Positions 39,121 to 52,481 of a stretch of 64,000 nt of DNA are shown here, one piece after another. Position 1 is the first letter of the stretch, and each line of letters starts with the position of its first letter. Source of the DNA: Macrostomum lignano. Its lineage: Eukaryota. The stretch lies in the NCBI GenBank assembly GCA_002269645.1, contig NIVC01000268.1:124001-188000 (forward strand), given 5' to 3'. The position numbers and the translations under genes were made by a program. The notes below the pieces were generated by a model. The model was given only the letters and a program-made list of their open reading frames with translations, did no database searches and had not been told where the DNA came from.

Positions 39121-42100
39121 TCAGGGCTTTAGCCTAGATTCCACAATGGCAGGCACCCGTGGAGCCAGATGGCCGATCCCCGCAGACGCAATGGCGATGC
39201 CAGTCAGAGGCAGCAGGGCCGTCGTCCCACTGAATATGGCAGCAAACAGACCGACTACTGTGGAGACCAGTGAGCTCACGAGACATTTCCATCGCTGGAG
39301 GTACTCATCTTCAGGCATTCCCGTCGTAGCTTTACGGAATACCAGAATAGCAGCTTCCACGGCACTAAAGCCGATGATAAACAAGAGACCCAAACCTTCA
39401 CTCCAGAATGTTTTGCCATCAGGAACAGCTGGGGTGATATCTGCAAAGAACTGAATAACTCGGTTGACTAACTTTGCGAACTTTCCGACGCCCTTGAAGA
39501 ACGACACAGCGAAAGAGGGACAAGCGGATGTCGCCCTCAGCGCCCAGTCGCTGAGCTGAAGACTCGTGAATCGACCGTAGATCAGAAAGTTCACAAAGTG
39601 CTCGCAGTTATTAAAAAACAGTTTGTAGTTCCTTGCGTCTCGACAGTCCGTGAACTTGGCATCAATCTTCTCCCAGTCGAGCTCGGTGTTGTGCACCACC
39701 TTCTTCAGCTGACCCGGTCCAGTCACTCGAAGAAATCCGTTGAACTCGTTGAATCCCATCTCCACATTCTCAGCTGGAGCTTCGTAAGTCACGCCTACAC
39801 CTGTGCACGACTCTGCATCCCATTCGACAAGAATGAAGTGCACCCTGGTCACTTTGCCTTGCACCTTACGATCCAGCACAATGTGATCGAACTGCTTCAG
39901 GCTGGAAGGCGCCACTGCATCCTCAAGAAATATGGACTCCCCAGGTCGTGAGCTAAGTGTGCCAAACTTGTCCAGCTTAGTTACTGCTTTCTTGATACCG
40001 TTCAGTTTTGTTCCAAAAAGCTTTTGAATGTCGCTGAGTCCCTCGTTTCGTCTTTTACACTTCAGCCAGTGGCAGAAGTCGTGGCTGGTGACTTTGCTGC
40101 CACACTTCGCTTCTTTCCCTGTCCAACCATGCATGTCATCGTCCGCGCTCAAGAAGGTGCAGTTAGTGAGCTGATCGATGACTTTGCTGTCGGGCATGAT
40201 TGACTTAGAGAGACTTAAATCATCGTAGTTTACTCTCTGAACTGTCTCCTGCTGACCGATTACCAAATCTTCCTTCCTGACGGTCTTGAACTGGTGGTTG
40301 TTTTCGTACAAGCGAACCTTTACTATGTCGTCGGAATCTTCAAACTTACTGCACTCTCGCATGATCGCATCGTGTGTGTACAAGTTTGGACTCTTGAGAA
40401 ACTTGATGTGACCTCTACCAAAGTTCACCAAGTCCTTTGCACGCTCGATGTCGATGCGGCATTGCTCTCGGTTGCTTCCGTGCTCGATGCTGCACCACTT
40501 GGCAAAGTCACGATCACTGTTCCACAGAAAGTCATGCTCTCGCTCACCAAGTCTTGACAACGCTCTTTCGACGACCTTGTCGGGCGAGTACTTTCTGCTT
40601 GTTTCGACATTGTAGTCGATGAGGTGTACATCCTGCTTGCTTTGCTCATCAATATCAATTTCCATACAATGAGTTTTTAATTGGAACAGTTGGGTTGAGA
40701 CAGAAAGACTCAACTTGAATGACATCAGGTTGCAGACAAGTTTTGTACCGGTATCATTTTCCACAGCTGCACCTTCTTCGCTCATTCTAGGCTGCACTGA
40801 ACCGGTTTCAATACTCGCGTGAACTGTCAAAGCGGTTGGCATCGGAGAGTCTGCCAGATCTTTATCACCTGCATTTGCTGTTCGATTTGGGTTCTCTACA
40901 AGTCGAGCAGTTTTTGTCTCTTCGGAGCTGTCACTTTCAGAAAAAGTTTCTATAACTACTGCATGCTTGAAGAAACCATACTCATTCCGAAGGCTTACCA
41001 CACAGCCTTTCTTTATTTGCTTGACGTCTGTTACCGTTGTGGCTTTGTAGCTGGGCTTCTCACGACCTCCGCCGTACAGCTCACAATCCTGGTGAACTTC
41101 GTTGTGAACGCACAGTGAAATGCGCTTTTCTTGTTTTAGAATACGGCATTTTAGCTCCATCAGTTCGCCGCTGTCGGTGGAATCTGGCCCTGGGCAGTAC
41201 TGCACGGTGCGGACTCGAGTGCCCGACTCAACTGCTCTCACATCAGTGACCACTCGGTACACGCCGTTCAAGTGAATGATGTCACCTGGCTTTGAGAGGC
41301 TAGGATTTTGTTTCCCAGTCAACACTCTAGGTTCACACTTTTTCTCTGGACCTTGCAGAGCAGCTCGTTTCCACTCATCGCCTTGGTGCTCAGTACTCAG
41401 CAGTAGCGAGCAAAACGATAAACTCGACTGCTCGGACACCGGATAAAGAACCCGGTCCAAAAATTGAGTTCGATCACTGAGGTTGATCTCCTTCTGATCC
41501 GGAACTGAAGTCACCCGACTGACGGGCTCTGTGAGCACGTGCTCACACTCGTGAACATATGGAATCCAGGCTGCTTTTCGGGTTACAATTTTAACCAGAT
41601 ACGAATCATCAAGGACCTGTTCCACATCTGTGATCTCTGCGTGAATCTTATCACCCTTACGAACTAAACATTCAATATCGACGTGATCACCGACGTTGAC
41701 AGTGTGGGTGGGATGCTCATTTGATAGGTAGATTGGAACTCGACAGCTCGGACGGTGCGTTGTTGATTCGACTTTGCACCACAAGGCAAACATTGTCGCA
41801 TTGTTGGAGATTCCGTTGTGCTCTTCTTCATTGAGTCTGCTTCGAGCTCTCTGCAGTACTGTCTGAGACGGGTAGCAGCTGGCGGGTGGAAACACATGAA
41901 GCCAACACTTTTCTGTGTTGAGTCTCAGGCTGAATTTCTCTCTGATGATCCTGTTTGGTGTGATCAAGTTCGGCCGACCGTAGTGAATGGCGTCAATTAT
42001 GATTAAGTCGGCCGGGGTGTCCGGCAGAGTCCTGACGCCCTCAACCACAACGAAGTGTAACAGCTTGTAATAGCTGAGCTCGACCACGTCTCCTGGCTTC

Positions 42101-42297
42101 AGCTTGTGCATGTTCTCCAGAGTGAGTCGGACCTTTCCTTCATCCTTGTGCTGGTTGTACAGCTCCTGATCGCCTTCGGTTACTACGTGATATTCGTTGA
42201 GCAGCGTGTTCAGCTCATCTTCAGCTTCATCGACTCCGCTCTGCTGGAGTTGCTCTGGTTGTGATTGACGGGTCTGCCTCTGCAGGCTACTTGCCAT
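39121..42297 (-). CDS. Intronless 1058-aa multi-LRAT (NlpC/P60, PLAAT/HRASLS-like) protein with hydrophobic C-terminus, copy 1
   Basis: Repeated (K/P)GDxV..H(F/A)xV..(T/V)VxxRAxSRL..NxxxxFAxWC modules; last module has YKLFFNNCEHFV (Cys898, codon 39606-39604); C-terminal hydrophobic helices. Confidence 0.88.
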   Translation of the reverse strand: MASSLQRQTRQSQPEQLQQSGVDEAEDELNTLLNEYHVVTEGDQELYNQHKDEGKVRLTLENMHKLKPGDVVELSYYKLLHFVVVEGVRTLPDTPADLIIIDAIHYGRPNLITPNRIIREKFSLRLNTEKCWLHVFPPASCYPSQTVLQRARSRLNEEEHNGISNNATMFALWCKVESTTHRPSCRVPIYLSNEHPTHTVNVGDHVDIECLVRKGDKIHAEITDVEQVLDDSYLVKIVTRKAAWIPYVHECEHVLTEPVSRVTSVPDQKEINLSDRTQFLDRVLYPVSEQSSLSFCSLLLSTEHQGDEWKRAALQGPEKKCEPRVLTGKQNPSLSKPGDIIHLNGVYRVVTDVRAVESGTRVRTVQYCPGPDSTDSGELMELKCRILKQEKRISLCVHNEVHQDCELYGGGREKPSYKATTVTDVKQIKKGCVVSLRNEYGFFKHAVVIETFSESDSSEETKTARLVENPNRTANAGDKDLADSPMPTALTVHASIETGSVQPRMSEEGAAVENDTGTKLVCNLMSFKLSLSVSTQLFQLKTHCMEIDIDEQSKQDVHLIDYNVETSRKYSPDKVVERALSRLGEREHDFLWNSDRDFAKWCSIEHGSNREQCRIDIERAKDLVNFGRGHIKFLKSPNLYTHDAIMRECSKFEDSDDIVKVRLYENNHQFKTVRKEDLVIGQQETVQRVNYDDLSLSKSIMPDSKVIDQLTNCTFLSADDDMHGWTGKEAKCGSKVTSHDFCHWLKCKRRNEGLSDIQKLFGTKLNGIKKAVTKLDKFGTLSSRPGESIFLEDAVAPSSLKQFDHIVLDRKVQGKVTRVHFILVEWDAESCTGVGVTYEAPAENVEMGFNEFNGFLRVTGPGQLKKVVHNTELDWEKIDAKFTDCRDARNYKLFFNNCEHFVNFLIYGRFTSLQLSDWALRATSACPSFAVSFFKGVGKFAKLVNRVIQFFADITPAVPDGKTFWSEGLGLLFIIGFSAVEAAILVFRKATTGMPEDEYLQRWKCLVSSLVSTVVGLFAAIFSGTTALLPLTGIAIASAGIGHLAPRVPAIVESRLKP

Positions 42298-43800
42298 TCT
42301 GAGTTCTAAAATGATAAAGTTATTAGCATATAGCTAAGGCATGTTATACACTATACTATAGTTTTGTAATTGAGTCATTGGTTTGGTTTCTTGTGCATAT
42401 GAAAGAAAAATAAAAAATCTTAAGAAGTTTTATTGTTTACAATAAGAGCTTGTTAAAATGGCAGCGCCAAGCATAGTAGTTGCATATCATTTTAAAAGGA
42501 ACTCTTTGGGACAAAGGGACTGCTTGGCTTTTTAGTAGGATAAAGTAGGATAAAGAGATAAGACTGTATTAAAGGTAGACCATTAAGATAAGAAGCAAAA
42601 TGCACTGAATAGTCAACAGAATCTTCTCATGGCTTTTGCCTTTTTGAATAGAATATACCAAATATTATAGAATAGCTAAGATAAAGTACATAAAGCATAT
42701 GTAGCTATGCTCTCTTTACACATGCAGGGGCTTAGCCAGGAATTTCCTACAGGGGGATGCACCAAGATAAATCTTCTATGGGGGGATACACCAAGGTAAA
42801 ACTGTTATGACAGTCACATGGTAACATATATAGCAACAAAGGGCAACAAAAAAAGTTTTGGTCTAGCTCTTTAGGGGGATACATCCATTTCTCCTCCCTA
42901 TGCCCCTGTACACATGCTGGTGCTCTTAGCATAGGCCTAGACCAAAATTAAATAGAAATCTAAATCAGGAACTATGCATTTTAATACATACACACAAATA
43001 CAGCCTTAATATTTAGCTACTGTTTCAAAACTTATAGCATTTTTACACAAGCTAAAAAGTAGCTAATATAGCTTAATTTGGCAAATATTCTCTACAATAG
43101 CTAAACCTAAGTGCCTGGTTTTTGCTTCCATTGGCTAGCCAAGGTAGATATAGCTATATTGAAAATTTTGGTTATGGGAAAACCCAAACTAATAGTTTTA
43201 GTCAGTAAATGAGATACTCTAAAACTAGCCTAGCTAATGCTAAAATATTATATTGGGAAATATTAAATAGATATTTCCAAGTCAAATGGTAACAAGCAGT
43301 TATTTTTAGAGCAGAAATTTTATATTAATGGCTATAAAATAGTAAAATGACATCTTATATAGCTACTTACTACACTACAAAGACTCAATTTACATCATCT
43401 AGTATAATATATATAGCTAAAAGTTTAGGCATATCTAAAATATATGCTAGGCCTATGCCTGGTATCTAAAATATATCTAAAACTTTACCTGGTTTCACTT
43501 CTGTAATGTCTCCAATCGCCGAGGGCGAGGCTCGTTCACATAATAGAAATACCACCCATCCTATAAAATCATTCAGGCTAAAGAAGTACAAGCGATGCAG
43601 AAAGTAAAAATAAGACCTGTAAATTGAGCATAAAATGCATGCATGATGATTTTAAAACATGGGACCGTAATGATCTAAAAATTTTTTTTTAATTTAAAAA
43701 AATATTTAAACAAAATTTTCCTAGAACTTTTGTAGCTGCTGTCCTAAGAAGCTTTAGAAGCCTTAGAAGCTTTAGAAGCCTTAAAAGCTTTATAAGCCTT

Positions 43801-46800
43801 TGTGACGTTGTCAGTTTAAGTAGCCCCGTCAAGGGCCGTTTTAGCATACGGTACCAAACTATAATATTGTTAATTTAATGGTCTCGTACTTTCACGTCTG
43901 ATTAAAATTGCCCAAATAATTTTAAACAACTTGCGTACATTTGTAAAGCCTCAGTACAGTACGCGATCGATAATTTCTGTTTTTCTCGCAGGCCAATAGA
44001 AAAGTCGCGCATAAATTATGTTAGTCTGAAATTAAGTTCTCCTCGCGCACCCACCCCAGCCCGCTCCTTATCAGTCCTGTCTGGCTGGGGCTCGGGGTTA
44101 GTCTGGTTTTGCGTCCCCGCCTGTAGACCTTTGCCACCCCGGCACTCCTTGTTTGCTAATTGCCTTCTCTCTCTCCGCCGGTTCTACCTCGCCTCTGCCA
44201 AGTCTCCCAAGCAAGGCAGTACGTCGCCTCGACGTCGCTATGAAGTCGCCATTGGTCGCCATCGTCGCGGGCAAATATTGGTTGCACTGTTTTAGTCGGG
44301 GTGACTTCATCTTGCGACGTAGGCTTTTATTCAAAAATTATTTGATATGCTATAGAAGATCTTATATCCTTACTTAAATCGGAATAACTTTTTATGAATT
44401 TTTAAACTAGTTGAGCTGAACTATCCTTTATTTCTACACGAAGGTTATTTGTTTGTTTGTTATACGATGGATAGTAAAATTTTCTTGATCGAAGTAGCAA
44501 AATACGAACTGTTTCTTTTGACAATAAATAAATTTACTGATTAATAGTGACAGACAGAAGCAAATAGCTAAATAATTAATTCTGTATTTGATCTCTGTAC
44601 CTTACCTTGTGTGGTATAATATTGTATGACCTTATATTTATAAGATGATAGAGGTCTGTGGTCAACTGTCTTTAACGATTATTCAAATTTACCATTTTCT
44701 TTGTGCTGTCTACATCTTAATGAGCTAACCTAATTTAATTATGCCTACCTATCTATAAATATTGTGTTGTGTTTTTGGCCAAACCAAAAGGCTTGTCAAA
44801 TCAAGTTCATAAAGTGGAGCCTGTTCCTTAGTAACCTATGATGCTATGTACACAAATGATATCATTCTGCTTACAATGACATTAGAAAGCTGGGTTTGGA
44901 AAAAGCAATAAAAATTTGACTTTAAATAGGGGAAAACAAGCAAGGGGATAATAGAGACTTTATTTTATAAGCTTAAGTTGGCCTATTATATTGTTAGGCC
45001 TTAATTTAATAATGTAGACTATTGACTAGACCTAGGCTATCTAGGCCTAATAAGATATGATTTAAAAAATTGTTTATATTTATAATAATGTACATATTAA
45101 TGTTAATAGTTAGGCCCTAACTTTATTTAATCTAATCTTTGGCCAAAATTCATATTTTGAAAATTAGTCTAATGTACTATTAATTAGGAATTTAAGAGGT
45201 TAGTTTATAAATTTTTTTTCATTTTTTAGGCCTATACTTTTATAATGACTATGTATTGGGATTGCCATTAGCATGCCATTGATTAGGCCCTATTTTGTCT
45301 ATTTCTTTTAAATTGCTTTATAATTTATGCTTTGAAAACTTTGCTTTGAAAACTTAACCAATTTCTATGTCTAACTTGGCTTTTAAGTAAGCCTATTTTT
45401 TTTGCCTTTTATCCCTTAATTTATTGATAGAAAGTAAAAAATTCGAATAAAATTATTAAATATCTAATCTTATTTTAATCTTAAATAATTATCTAATAAA
45501 TTAATAATTAAATTAATGTAACTTACTAAAAAGGCCTAGGCCCTATAAATTTTTACATTAAATAATAGCTACCTATAGATTATTTAAAATTGATTTTTAT
45601 AAGCTTTTATTCTACGTATTTCCTTGAAAAAATATTCATTTGTTGTTTCTTATATACAGATAATATATTTTTATCAAATTTTGCATTGCTGATGGCATTC
45701 TTTGCCCAAGAAGTTAAATAATGTTATGCTCCTATCATGTGCATCAGATAAGGCAATTGCAGCTAATTACAGCAGAATACCAAAGAGATTATGTCAACAC
45801 AAAGCCTGAGGAACATTCATGAGCATTAAGCAGGTCCATCAGGACATCAGCAAGACAATAACTGGACAAGTGCAGGAACTTCCATTTCTTTATTTCCTGA
45901 TGCATCTGAGTCATGATGTGGAGGACCATGGTGAAGTTGGCTGCTTTCAGTGTCCTACCATTTCCTTTTAAGAATAGTGAGTATGCTTAATGCTTAAAGT
46001 CAGATATTTCAAGTTAGAAAAATGAAACTTAATATATTTTTGCATTCGTTTTCTTTAAAGATGTCAGCAAAATTCAGAAACTGTTAAAAGATGCTTTTTT
46101 TGTCGCTTTGTGGCATCAATTTCTCAACAGCAGGATTTTGCTGGCAGTTTACCATCTAAGCCCGAAGGTTAGTTCTTCTGTCACTATGCATATTTTTGTT
46201 AACTAATATTTCTTTCCTGTTGTAAAATGATAATGTTCAGCATTGTAGTCCAATTGTCACTAATGTACTGATAAATTTCATTGCAGCATAATTGCTTTGT
46301 CCACAAGCTGTGCATGCAGTGCAGTTCTGTCGCCGGCTCCAGGACCCAGTTCTCTGCAGTCTGAATCGAGGGGGACTTGATGAGAAGGAAATGGTTCGAT
46401 TTAAGTAATAATTATGCTGCCAACATGTTGTAAGGTTTAACAGTAAAATCTGGAGCAATTTCGTTTGACACTGTTTTTTATTGTCCCTTTGACCCTTCTC
46501 AGTGAGTAAAATATCTGCACTTCAAAATGCATTTGTAAATTCAAAATCATTTGTCTTTGAGTGTAACTGTGTAAAAATTACTTTTCTGATAATAATAACT
46601 AAATTAACCAACAAAAAACCTTTTTAATTGAATTATATTGAATAATTTATAAATTCAATCAAGATATTTAACCAGAGCAAGGTAGCTTATTAATCTTCGT
46701 TTAATTTCATCTATAATCTTGGTAAAAATTAATTGAATTATGATTTCGAGATTTGCACTATATTGAAGGTGCTAAGCAATCTGTAATAGATGGTCGCCGT

Positions 46801-47319
46801 TTGGTCGCCAGTACGTGAAATTCTGACGTCGCCTGGGGTCGTAATGGCGACGTCGCCGCGCGCGACAAAATGGCTGGTTTGGCGACGTTATTTTGCGACG
46901 TGTTAGCGACGTCGAGGCAACGGCATTGCTTTGACTGGGCTCAGTCACGCCACCTCTACTGTCTGTACGAGCTCTCGCTACGAGCACCGCCACCGTACGT
47001 TCACCACCATCACATCGTCACCATTGCCTCAGGCTCATATCGACTCACTCTATCGTCTATCATCTAACTTATTGTTGCGTAGCCGCCCAGTGCATTTCTT
47101 ACGAATCCAGCAAGTACTTAATTGACCTATCTCTGTTGACCGCCCAGACAGAATTAATAATAGCAAGCCTTAACTGTCCTCTCATACGTTACAATAAATA
47201 AAGTCTGCGGCCATCGCCCGCATCAGTCGTTATTATCATCAAGTGCTACCGCTATAAATTTGCATCTGCCGTATTTGTCTTCGTTGATTACTTTCGAGGC
47301 CACCGCATTAATCGTCACA
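43801..47319 (+). mobile_element. Solo LTR (~783 bp after removing the nested element), TGTGACG...CGTCACA, 4-bp TSD CCTT
   Basis: 7-bp inverted termini, CCTT on both sides (43797-43800 and 47320-47323), AATAAATAAA near the 3' end. Confidence 0.8.
44206..46939. mobile_element. CMC/EnSpm-like DNA transposon (non-autonomous or degenerate) nested in the solo LTR
   Basis: Termini CCCA...TGGG, imperfect TIRs containing GCCTCGACGTCGCTA, repeated subterminal GTCGC motifs, 2-bp TSD CT; no intact transposase ORF. Confidence 0.78.
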
Positions 47320-48138
47320 CCTTAAAAGCTTTAGAAGCTGCTGTCCTGAAGGAACATTATTCTTCCAAGAGTTCAATAATGCTATCCGCCAGATTCCGAG
47401 CTTTCAACAACACGTTTGCGTACAGGAACCCGGCAGTCTCACTCGATTACATGTGATGCAGGTATGTATTTACTGGAATAAAAGCTGCCTCGGTGCATTG
47501 CAAACTCTGGACGGATTAGCTAGACGGATCCAAATGGATTAGCACTCGATCTGGACGAGAGGCTAGCCTGCGCGACCAGCTAGCTTGTATTCGGTCTCCG
47601 CAGCGACGTGCACTGTACAAAAGCTGCTAGAGATTGAACAGCCCGACTTCAAGACGCTTGTTGTGTCGACGCATTGGAAGCAGCGGAGAAGATCGTCGTC
47701 GGAGATGGCTCACCAGGCTGAAGCGCAGTTGCCTTCACAAGAATCAGCCTAGAATGCGCCAAAGAGGTCGACAAGCAGGTCGTCCCCGTCAATCATTTGG
47801 AGCTCAAAATTCGGCAGCAGTGCAAGCTTCTTGAGGCCAAGTGCCACAACTACGGAAAAGTTGGGCACTGCATGCACATCCGTAAGGTGTAGTAGTTCTA
47901 ACTGCACAAATTGAATCCAGAGCCGCTGAGCTCTTCAGCATTAGACAGAGCGGGTCGAGCAATGGTCTGGCGATCGATCGAGCTGCTGCTCCAAGGCAAG
48001 TCATGTCGCTTCGAGGTGGATACACTGGCTCCGCCCTCACCATCATCTCGAAGTGCTTCCAGGAGGATGCTCTGCCAGGTCTCAGTCTGTCGTCCACATT
48101 CACGGTGTTGCAGACCTACACAGGCGAGACCTTCCGAC

Positions 48139-50060
48139 TGTAGTGAGTGAAACGAGGCTAGACTGCTTGTTGTAGTCGATAGTTGCCGAAAGCTTGCAGG
48201 CGAGAAAAATAGCGATCAGTATGTTTATTGAATTATTGAGCTGAGTCAGAATGGTGGCTAAAGTCGCACCCTGCACATTTGATATTGTACGCATAAGGGT
48301 TGAGCTAGCAGAGTCACGTGGCGCAGCCGCTAACAACCCCCCCCCCAACACACACGATAGTAGGCGCTGCCTTCTCCCCCAAAGGAATTAAAAAAACTTC
48401 GAACTAAAGAAAATTAACTGTTTACGAAGTACACCGCTTCAGCTTGATCGTTATGTCGGATCAATTACTTAACTCGTATAGCACTTCAGCGTGTCGCGGG
48501 CTGCTCTTGGATGCCGTCTCTGAGCCACAGACTCTGCTTCTTGACTAGCGGTCTGGCTGGCAGACTGACCGGCTGGCTGGCCGGCTGACTGGCCGGCGGA
48601 CTGGTCCGACGGTTCCATCAGAGGCCGCAGCTGGGTCACGTGCCGCATACAAGACTGCTGGCCTCGCCGTAGGATGCAGGTGTCGCCTCGAATCTCCTGC
48701 ACCGTCCATGGCTGAGTTTCGAATGGCAGCTGCGTTTTCTTGCGTGCCTGCTGCTTGCGAAGAACACTCATGCCGGGAACGATGCGGTGCTCCTTTGAGG
48801 CCGTGCGCCTGTCGAACGCACTCTTCATCTGCTGCGTGTACCGCCTGTTCCAGTCCTTCACGGCTTCCTGGCTGACATCAGATGACTTCGGCTGTCTGCT
48901 GGCTCGGATTCCGTCGTTGATCGGCCTGCCCATGAGGAGCTCGGCCGGAGTCTGCCCAGTTGCTCGGTGAGGCGTTGTACGGAACGCCAGAAGCCAGTCG
49001 TCCAGGGCCTCTCTCCAGTTCCGACCTTCAGCGACAGCAGTCTTCACCACCTTCCCGATGCATGCTGTTGACACGCTCGGTGGCTCCGTTGGAGTCCGGA
49101 TGCAGTGGACAGATGAGCCGATGATGAACTCCGTATCCGCTGAGGAAGCTGCGAAAGTTGGCAGAGTTAAAGGGCGGTCCCGTTGTCCGTGATGACCTCA
49201 GCAGAGATGCCGTGCCGACCGAACAGCCGTCTCAGATGCGGTGTCACGTTGCCGGCCGTCGTTGACTGCATGATGTCGACTTCCGGGTACTTGGAGTACA
49301 GGTCCGTGGTGACCAGCAGCATCTGACCTTGCACCGGGCCGTAGAAGTCCATGCCGAGCAGTTGCCAAGGTCCGTCCGGCAACTACGTCGGCTTCAAAGG
49401 CGTCTGGTGCACGTGCGTGGCCGCTGCTTGGCAACCGACACAGCACTTGACGAATACTTCGCAGTCGCTGCGCATCTTTGGCCACCAGACTTTGGTCTGC
49501 AGTCGCTTCAGGGTTCTGTCCGCACCGAGATGTCCCGTATGGGCCAGCTGCAGAATCGGTCTCTGCAGCGACTCGGGGACAACGATGAGATCTCCGCGGA
49601 GCAGAATTCCGTCGCTCTCGGAAAGTTCGCTGCTGCTGGACTTTAGTGCGCGTTGCACCGGGTCGAGCATGTTCCAGCTGCCGGTTCTGATCGCGCTGAG
49701 CGCAGCCTGGATCTCCGTGTCAGTCCTTGAAGAGTCTCGGATCTGCTGAAGGCTGGATTCCTTTTGGCACGGCACCTGCTGACACGGCACTGACGAATGC
49801 TGCATCGATGAACTCGCCGATGTTTGGCCTGGGCTCCGGTAACGGCTGGCGGCTCAGCAGATCAGCCTGATTGGCAGGTCCCGGCCGGTACAACAAAGTG
49901 AAGCGGAGGTGCTGGATGCGGAGGGCCATCCGCTCGATGCGCGGCGGAGGGCGGGACCCCGGTTTGAAGAGCGGCACAAGAGGTCGATGGTCCGTCATGA
50001 CGGTGAAGTTCGGATCGCCTGCCAGATAATGCTCGAACTTCAGGCAGGCGATGGAGACTG
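48139..50060 (-). mobile_element. 3' half of a second Ty3/Gypsy element B (RH end, integrase, PPT, 197-bp 3' LTR at 48335-48139)
   Basis: TVMTDHRPL; IN zinc finger AHTGHLG..WWPKM..CVGCQ; core MDFYGP, DLYSKYPEV, TDNG; poly-G PPT; LTR TGTTA...CTACA with AATAAA; frameshifted. Confidence 0.9.
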
Positions 50061-51092
50061 AGGAGACTGAGGATGGAGATTGGCGGCATCATCACGCCCC
50101 TTAAACATTCCGACTGGGCTGCGCCGATAGAATGGTTCGGTGAGGATCTGCGGCGACTACAAGCTCACCTATAACACATAATCCAGGGCAGAGCTGTACC
50201 CACTGCCGCGCATTGAGGACTTATTTGCAAGCGTAGTGGCGGCTGCAAATGGTTTAAGCTGAACATATCAGACGCCTTCCTGCAGCTGCCGTGGTCTGAG
50301 GACAACAAGCCCTTCTTGAACGCACCAACCAGTGCGGCTCCAACGCACGCTAGCTCCCCACTCGGTGATCTGGAGCGCTGCGTGTCTTCGCATCCTGGTG
50401 ACGGGCAAAACGCTGCAGCATCATAGCGATAATCTTATCCTTATCCTTCAACGCCTACAGGAGGCGGGCATACGGCTGAACAAGGACAAGTGCAAGTTGT
50501 TCCGCTATTCGGTCGAATATCTGGGCCACCGGATCGACAGCAACGGACTGCGGCCGCTGGCGAAGGTGACGACGGTGCAGGACGCCTCGCTACCCTTGGA
50601 CTGCAGTCAGCTCCGAGCTTACCAGGGCATATTTTGACACACTACGGCAAGTTCCTGCCTCATCTGTCCACGGTGGTCGCTCCCATGAATCAGCTGCTGA
50701 CTAAGAACGCGCGCTGGACACGGGGGAGCCTCAGCAACAAGCCTTCGAGAAGTCCAATCATCTTTTGCTCGAGTCCCTGGAGCTGAAGCATAATGCATTA
50801 CGATGTTAAGCTGCCGCTGCGGCTCGAGTGCGAAGCCAGCCCCTATATCGTCTCGGCGTGATGCTGACGCACCGAGTGGACGGCAAAGATCGAACAACTG
50901 CCTTCGCCAGTCGTAGCCTGACGACAGCTCAAAAGGCTACTCGCAGTTGGACAAGGAGGCGCTATAGCGATCATGTTCGGCCTCCAGCGCCTCAACCAGT
51001 TTCTCCAAGGTCGCAAGTTCGTAATCGCGACCGACAACAAGGCTTCTTCGGCGAAAACAAGGCGATTTCAGAGCACGCGGCTGCTCGCATGC

Positions 51093-51393
51093 TGTTTAGG
51101 AGAAGGCTTTATTTACACGTACTTGTACTTTCATTCACCTACGCGTACTCTTCATATCATAATTTTTTGTATACGTACATTTCAGCCCAGCCCCCATTTA
51201 CGAGTATAATGTTCAGCAGCACCCACCCCATTTATTTATAGGAATTGATTTTTGGTCAAATTATTGCAATATAGTTGTCAGGCTCTCCAGGGAGAGTTTT
51301 CACTTCTGGTTTTTTTGTTCGTTTGGCTAGTAGCCGAAAAAATGTCGCTTATGTACTGCGAAGACTCAATTTATTGCATGAACCATCAAAACA
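51093..51393 (-). mobile_element. 301-bp solo LTR-like insertion (TGTTT...AAACA, 5-bp TSD CATGC) containing a spliced-leader-like sequence
   Basis: Removing it restores the host frame GCT CGC ATG CAG CGC. On the minus strand there is a TATA-like TATAAATA at mid-element and AATAAA near the 3' end, so orientation is tentative. TACTGCGAAGACTCAATTTATTGCATG at 51354-51380 on the plus strand. Confidence 0.8.
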
Positions 51394-52329
51394 CATGCAG
51401 CGCTGCATGGGCGATCCGCTTGGCCGGTTTCGGCTACTCGCTGGAGTTCCGGCCCACCAGCAAGCACGCCAACTGCGAATCGCTGTTCTGGCTGCTGAGG
51501 AGGAGCCGGCCTTCAACGCCTTGCTGCTGGGTGTGGAAACCGGGTCCGCCTTAACGCCCCAGGCGGTTGAGCGCAGCACTCGCTCGGACGCCATTCTCGG
51601 TCAGGTGCTTCGCTGTCTGCAAACCGGCTGCGCTGCGCTGATTGAGTTCACTAGGCGCAACGAATTCGGCACATTTTCTCAGCGACGTTCTATCTGGCAA
51701 CGAACGGCAATTCGGGAGGTTTGTCCAAATTCTCATGCAATCTGCTCAAGAGTGGGCACTCAATGGCGACACTGCAGCAGTTTCAAGTCGGCGACCTAGT
51801 TGTACTTCGCGACTTCAGCTCCAACGCAAAAGGCTGGCGGCGGCACCTGCTGGGCGGAGGGCAGCGTTGTGTCCGATGGATCCCGCAATTGCGATGTTGA
51901 GGTCCATCTCCATCGGCGGCACACGGACCAGCTGTTAACGAGCTCACTAACCCGGTGCCGCCAGCAAAGATGTCTCCGAAGAGCCACCTCCGGCCGGCCA
52001 GTCCACCAAAGGCGTTACATGCAGCGTCGGACGCAGCCAACTGACACGCTTGCAACTTCGATCTTGAATTTGAACTGACTGCGACGCGAACGAACTTTGC
52101 TGGCGGATGACTTGAACTCATGATCACTCAGGGGGGTGATTTCAGATATCTTAGCTTAGTCATTACTTGATCTATTACTTATGGCATTGGCCACCACTAA
52201 GTAGCTCTTTTTAGTTCAAGTTCACCCTTACCACCCCAGCGTCGGGGTTTGAGTTATCCAATTTAGCTCTCTCTCTCTGTGTGAGTCAGTGCGGCACCCA
52301 CCCCTATAATCTCTATCTACGCTGAGAGT

Positions 52330-52481
<152 letters not shown>

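Larger units (their letters stand above)
47450..52320 (+). mobile_element. Degenerate Ty3/Gypsy retrotransposon A (gag-PR-RT-RH-partial IN, PPT and start of 3' LTR), interrupted twice
   Basis: Gag knuckle remnant KCHNYGKVGH, protease FEVDT, RT SDWAAPI..ICGDYK..YPLPRIEDLF..YLGHRID with the YxDD motif deleted, RH EALAIMFGL..FVIATD, G-run PPT at 52130-52136 followed by TG; many frameshifts. Confidence 0.88.

Noticed and set aside
45690-46440. Coding-like fragments inside the first CMC-like element
   Set aside because: Interrupted by stops with no recognisable transposase motif; not callable without a search.
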